A stretch of 64,000 nucleotides of DNA from Squalus acanthias (Eukaryota). The DNA lies in assembly GCA_030390025.1 (NCBI GenBank), contig CM059445.1, positions 35,774,001 through 35,838,000 of the forward strand, given 5' to 3'. The notes below the pieces were generated by a model, which was given only the letters and a program-made list of their open reading frames with translations, made no database searches and was not told where the DNA came from. Every line of letters starts with the position of its first letter. The stretch's first letter is position 1. Of the stretch, positions 60,381-64,000 are shown one piece after another. Both the position numbers and the translations under genes were made by a program.

Positions 60381-62010
60381 TCACAGAATCATAGAATGGT
60401 TACAGCACAGAAGGAGGCCATTCGGCCTGTCGAGCCCGTGCTGGCTCTCTGCAAGAGCACCTCAGCTAGTCCCACTCCCCCTACACTTTCCCCATATCCC
60501 TGCAAATATTTTTCCTTCAGGTACTTATCCAATTACCTTTTGAAAGCCACGATTGAGTCTGCCTCCACCACTCTTTCAGGCAGTGCATTCCAGATCCTAA
60601 CCACTCGCTGTATAAAAAAGTTTTTCCTCATGTCGCCTTTGGTTCTTCTGCCAATCACCTTAAATCTGTGTCCTCTGGTTCTTGACCCTTCTGCCAATGG
60701 GAACAGTTTCTCTCTATCTACTCTGTCTAGACCCCTCATGATTTTGAATACCTCTATCAAATCTCCTCTCAACCTTCTCTGCTCTAAGGAGAACAATTCC
60801 AGCTTCTCCAGTCAATCCACTTAACTGAAGACCCTCATCCCTGGAACCATTCTTGTAATTCTTTTCTGCACCCTCTCTAAGGACTTCACATCTTTCCTAA
60901 AGTGCAGTGCCCAGAATTGAACACAATACTCCAGCTGAGGCCAAACCAGTGTTTTATAAAGGTTCATCATAACTTCCTTGCTTTTGTACTCTCTGCCTCT
61001 ATTTATGAAGCCCAGGATCCCGTATGCTTTTTTAACCACTTTCTCAACCTGCCCTGCCACCTTCAACGATTTGTGCACATATACCCCCAGGTCTCTCTGT
61101 TCCTGCACCCACTTTAGAATTGTACCCTTTAGTTTATATTGCCTCTCCTCGTTCTTCCTACCAAAATGTATCACTTCGCATTTTTCTGCATTAAATTTCA
61201 TCTGCCACATGTCCGCCCATCCCACCAGCCTGTCTATGTCCTCTTGAAGTCTATCACTATCCTCCTCACTGTTCACTATACTTCTAAGTTTTGTTTCATC
61301 CACAAATTTTGAAATTGTGCCCTGTACACCCAAGTCCAAGTCATTAATATATATCAAGAAAAGTAGCAGTCCTAGTACCGACCCCTGGGGAACACCACTG
61401 TATACTTTCCTCCAGTCCGAAAAACAACCGTTCACCACTACTCTCTGTTTCCTGTCACTTAGCCAATTTTGTATCCGCGCTGCCACTGTACCTTTTATTC
61501 CATGGGCTTCAACTTTGCTGGCAAGCCTATTATGTGGCAATTTATCAAATGCCTTTTGGAAGTCCATGTACACCACCTCAACCATATTGCCCTCATCAAC
61601 CCTCACTGTTACCTCATCAAAAAACTCGATCAAGTTAGTTAAACACGATTTGCCTTTAACAAATCCGTGCTGGCTTTCCTTAATTAATCCACACTTGTCC
61701 AAGTGACTGTTAATTTTGTCCCGGATTATCGTTTCTAAAAGCTTCCCCACTGCCGAGGTTAAACTGACTGGTCTGTAGTTGCTGGGCTTATCCTTACATC
61801 CTTTTTGAACAAGGGTGTAACATTTGCAGTTCTCCAGTCCTCTGGCACCACCCCCATTTCTAAGGAGGATTGGAAGATTATGGCCAGTACCTCTGCAATT
61901 TCCACCTTTACCTCCCTCAGCATCCTAGGATGCATCCTATCTAGTCCTGGTGACTTATCTACTTTAAGTATAGCCAGCCTTTCTCGTACCTCCTCTTTAT
62001 CAATTTTTAT
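60381..62010 (-). mobile_element. CR1-like LINE, 5'-truncated, with RT domain
   Basis: KSPGLD.MHP, PEDWRTANVTPLFKK, QHGFVKGKSCLTNL, DFQKAFDK, SGVPQGSVLG, KFVDETK (degenerate), RLRGDLIE; frameshifts. Confidence 0.95.
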
Positions 62011-62925
62011 CAAGAAAAGAGTCAGGAAAGGCATATATGTATTGTTCTAAATTAGTGAAGAATGATCGCTGGTGACCTAACAAAGTAACATGAGATAGTA
62101 GAGGTGATCACGTGACCCGGCGCTCTCCGTGAGGAGTGACACTTTCAGGGAAATCACGAGCCCACGCTATGGGGGGAACTTTTTGGGGGGGGTCAGGGGG
62201 CAGGTTTGGTGGTGGGTCGGCTGGGGAAAACATTTTTTGACAGCAGGCAGGGAACACACTGTTAACCCACCTCCACACTAGTCTCCCAGATGTCGGATCT
62301 GTCAGCGCTGAACAGACCCAACACCAAGCGGTGAGGGAGGCAATTTAGATTATTAAGAGCTTGTTAACAGGCACTTAAAATCTAAAGGTGAGCTTAAAAT
62401 AGTTTTTAAGAGTTCACCAACGGCTTTCCCACTGCTCGGGGATCACATCAGGTAAGGAGGTCGGGAGTTGTGTCAGCATAGGATGATTTACTAACTTGAC
62501 AGCTGCAAATGTTCTCTAAAAACTCCCATTTCATAGGTGTTCACTTTCCAAGGTTAGAATCAGTTGCTTACTGCATTTGGAAGACAGATTGAGCTTTATG
62601 CAGCTTGCAAGTGTTTGGAGCAAACTCTATATCCAGTGTCACCTCATTGGAACAACCTTTCTCACCACTGACAGATCGCTTCTGTCATCTCAACTTCACC
62701 TGCCATCTATTCCCTCAGCATCGGTGCCCTTGAAACTATCTCATCTTGGTTCTCAGAATCCCACCATGATCAGCTGGATCACAGGCCCAATAACCTCTGA
62801 TTTTCCGTTCATTAACTTAAATAGGACAGGAAATCAAGATGTGTGGACCAGGACTCCCCGCGATCCCTTTATTCTGAAACTGGCTGTGCTTTACCTGAGC
62901 CGAGAGTGCTTGATGGTGAGACTAG

Positions 62926-63566
62926 GGGCTAGAAATTCATTATAGCCAAGGAATGAGCGGTGTCAGTAGAAAAGTTGGAGAATTAGCACCAGGCGCTAAT
63001 GCTTTAAATGGCACACAAAATTCATGCTCACTGCTCAAAAAAACGATTGGAGTCCTAATTCAAGTCTTAAAGCCCAAGCTCATTGGTGGTACACTCAAAG
63101 GGTGGACCAATATCAGGTGCAGTCTAATCACAAGTCATGTTTTTCACTACTTAAAGGGGAGGTTCATTGATGCTGCAGAACCTCATTCTCAGCATTGCTG
63201 GCTGTGCAGCTGCCTAAGCAAGCAGAAGCAGAAGCAGAAGCAGGATAACTGAACCAGGTGTGCTCATAGCAGATCCACGCCCCAGGGAGAGAGTCCGCAG
63301 ATTCTGCGATGAAGCATTGGTTTTCGCTGTGGAGAGACGGAGGGCGGTGCTCTACCCGGAAAGTGGCAGGAGGCCCTCGCCGCAAGTGTTCCACACCATG
63401 TGAAGGGAGGTAGCGCAGCACATCTCGGGCAGCACTGTGGTCCCCAGGACCCACATACAGTGCAGGAAGAAATTTAACGGTCAGGGTGAGTAATGCTTCA
63501 ACAAATGATACATACCACCATCTGCTGGCGCTAATGGGAGGCGCTAAGGGGACTAATTTTCCCCCC
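62926..63566 (+). mobile_element. Internally deleted Harbinger element carrying a Myb/SANT gene relic
   Basis: Ends GGGCTAGAAATTC / AATTTTCCCCCC, flanked by CTAG (TSD TAG or CTA); GGCGCTAA motifs near both ends. Confidence 0.75.
63266..63478 (+). pseudogene. Harbinger Myb/SANT-like (trihelix, NAIF1/MSANTD-like) DNA-binding protein relic
   Basis: (I)ADPRPRERVRRFCDEALVFAVERRRAVLYP..FHTM*REVAQHISGSTVVPRTHIQCRKKFN. The conserved W appears mutated to TGA and the start codon to ATA; a GTGAGT donor-like site follows. Confidence 0.75.
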
Positions 63567-63754
63567 TAGGTGCCTGAAATGGGAATATATTCCATCCCTC
63601 AGCTCTGAGATAGGGAAGAATGGATTTCTGTAAAGCAAACCATTGCAGTTTTTACACAGCCAATAGCTCTTGTAACACAGGGGTATGCCACAATACTGAC
63701 ATATAAATTACAACTTACAATATTAGCAGATGAACACAAATGTGTTTGTTATTC

Positions 63755-64000
63755 TTAAGATCACAAGATAGTTATGGTTGAGGAAGGCCATTTGGCCCAT
63801 CTTAATTCATCCATCCAGAAGATCTTAAAGTCCTCTCATTGCAGCATCCAATTGCTTCTGAAATAATTCATGGGCTTTTGCCTCCACTACTCTATCTGGA
63901 AACCCATCCCATCTGTTGATCGCTCTCAGTGTGAAGTATTTCCCAATATCAGTCCGAAACTTACCTTTTACTAGTTTGAACCTGTGTCCCGTTGTCCTAC
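63755..64000 (-). mobile_element. Old CR1-like LINE 3' end
   Basis: GAAGGCCATTTGGCCCATC..GCCTCCACTACTCTATCTGG signature. Confidence 0.6.

Overview
This is repeat-dense eukaryotic DNA, most likely from a cartilaginous fish (shark), judged from its mix of Deu-domain SINEs, HE1/V-type SINEs, LF-SINE-like copies, CR1 and L2 LINE ends, Penelope-like elements (PLEs) and Harbinger transposons. I found no convincing host protein-coding exon, so it looks intronic or intergenic. The most striking signal is a set of minimal type-I hammerhead ribozymes from two unrelated PLE-type families. They sit in the terminal repeat (pLTR) of a near full-length PLE, in solo pLTR insertions, and at the apex of two near-perfect ~200-bp hairpin insertions with 12-14-bp target-site duplications (TSDs) and almost the same geometry. 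One hairpin interrupts a Harbinger transposase gene. Also present are a Harbinger Myb/SANT pseudo-ORF with several related MITEs, an RTE-type insertion with a twin-priming-style 5' inversion, hAT MITEs inside minisatellites, co-oriented CTCF-like motifs and several repeat-free stretches that may be conserved non-coding elements. Family names come from recognising motifs by eye, not from database searches, and boundaries of old copies are approximate.
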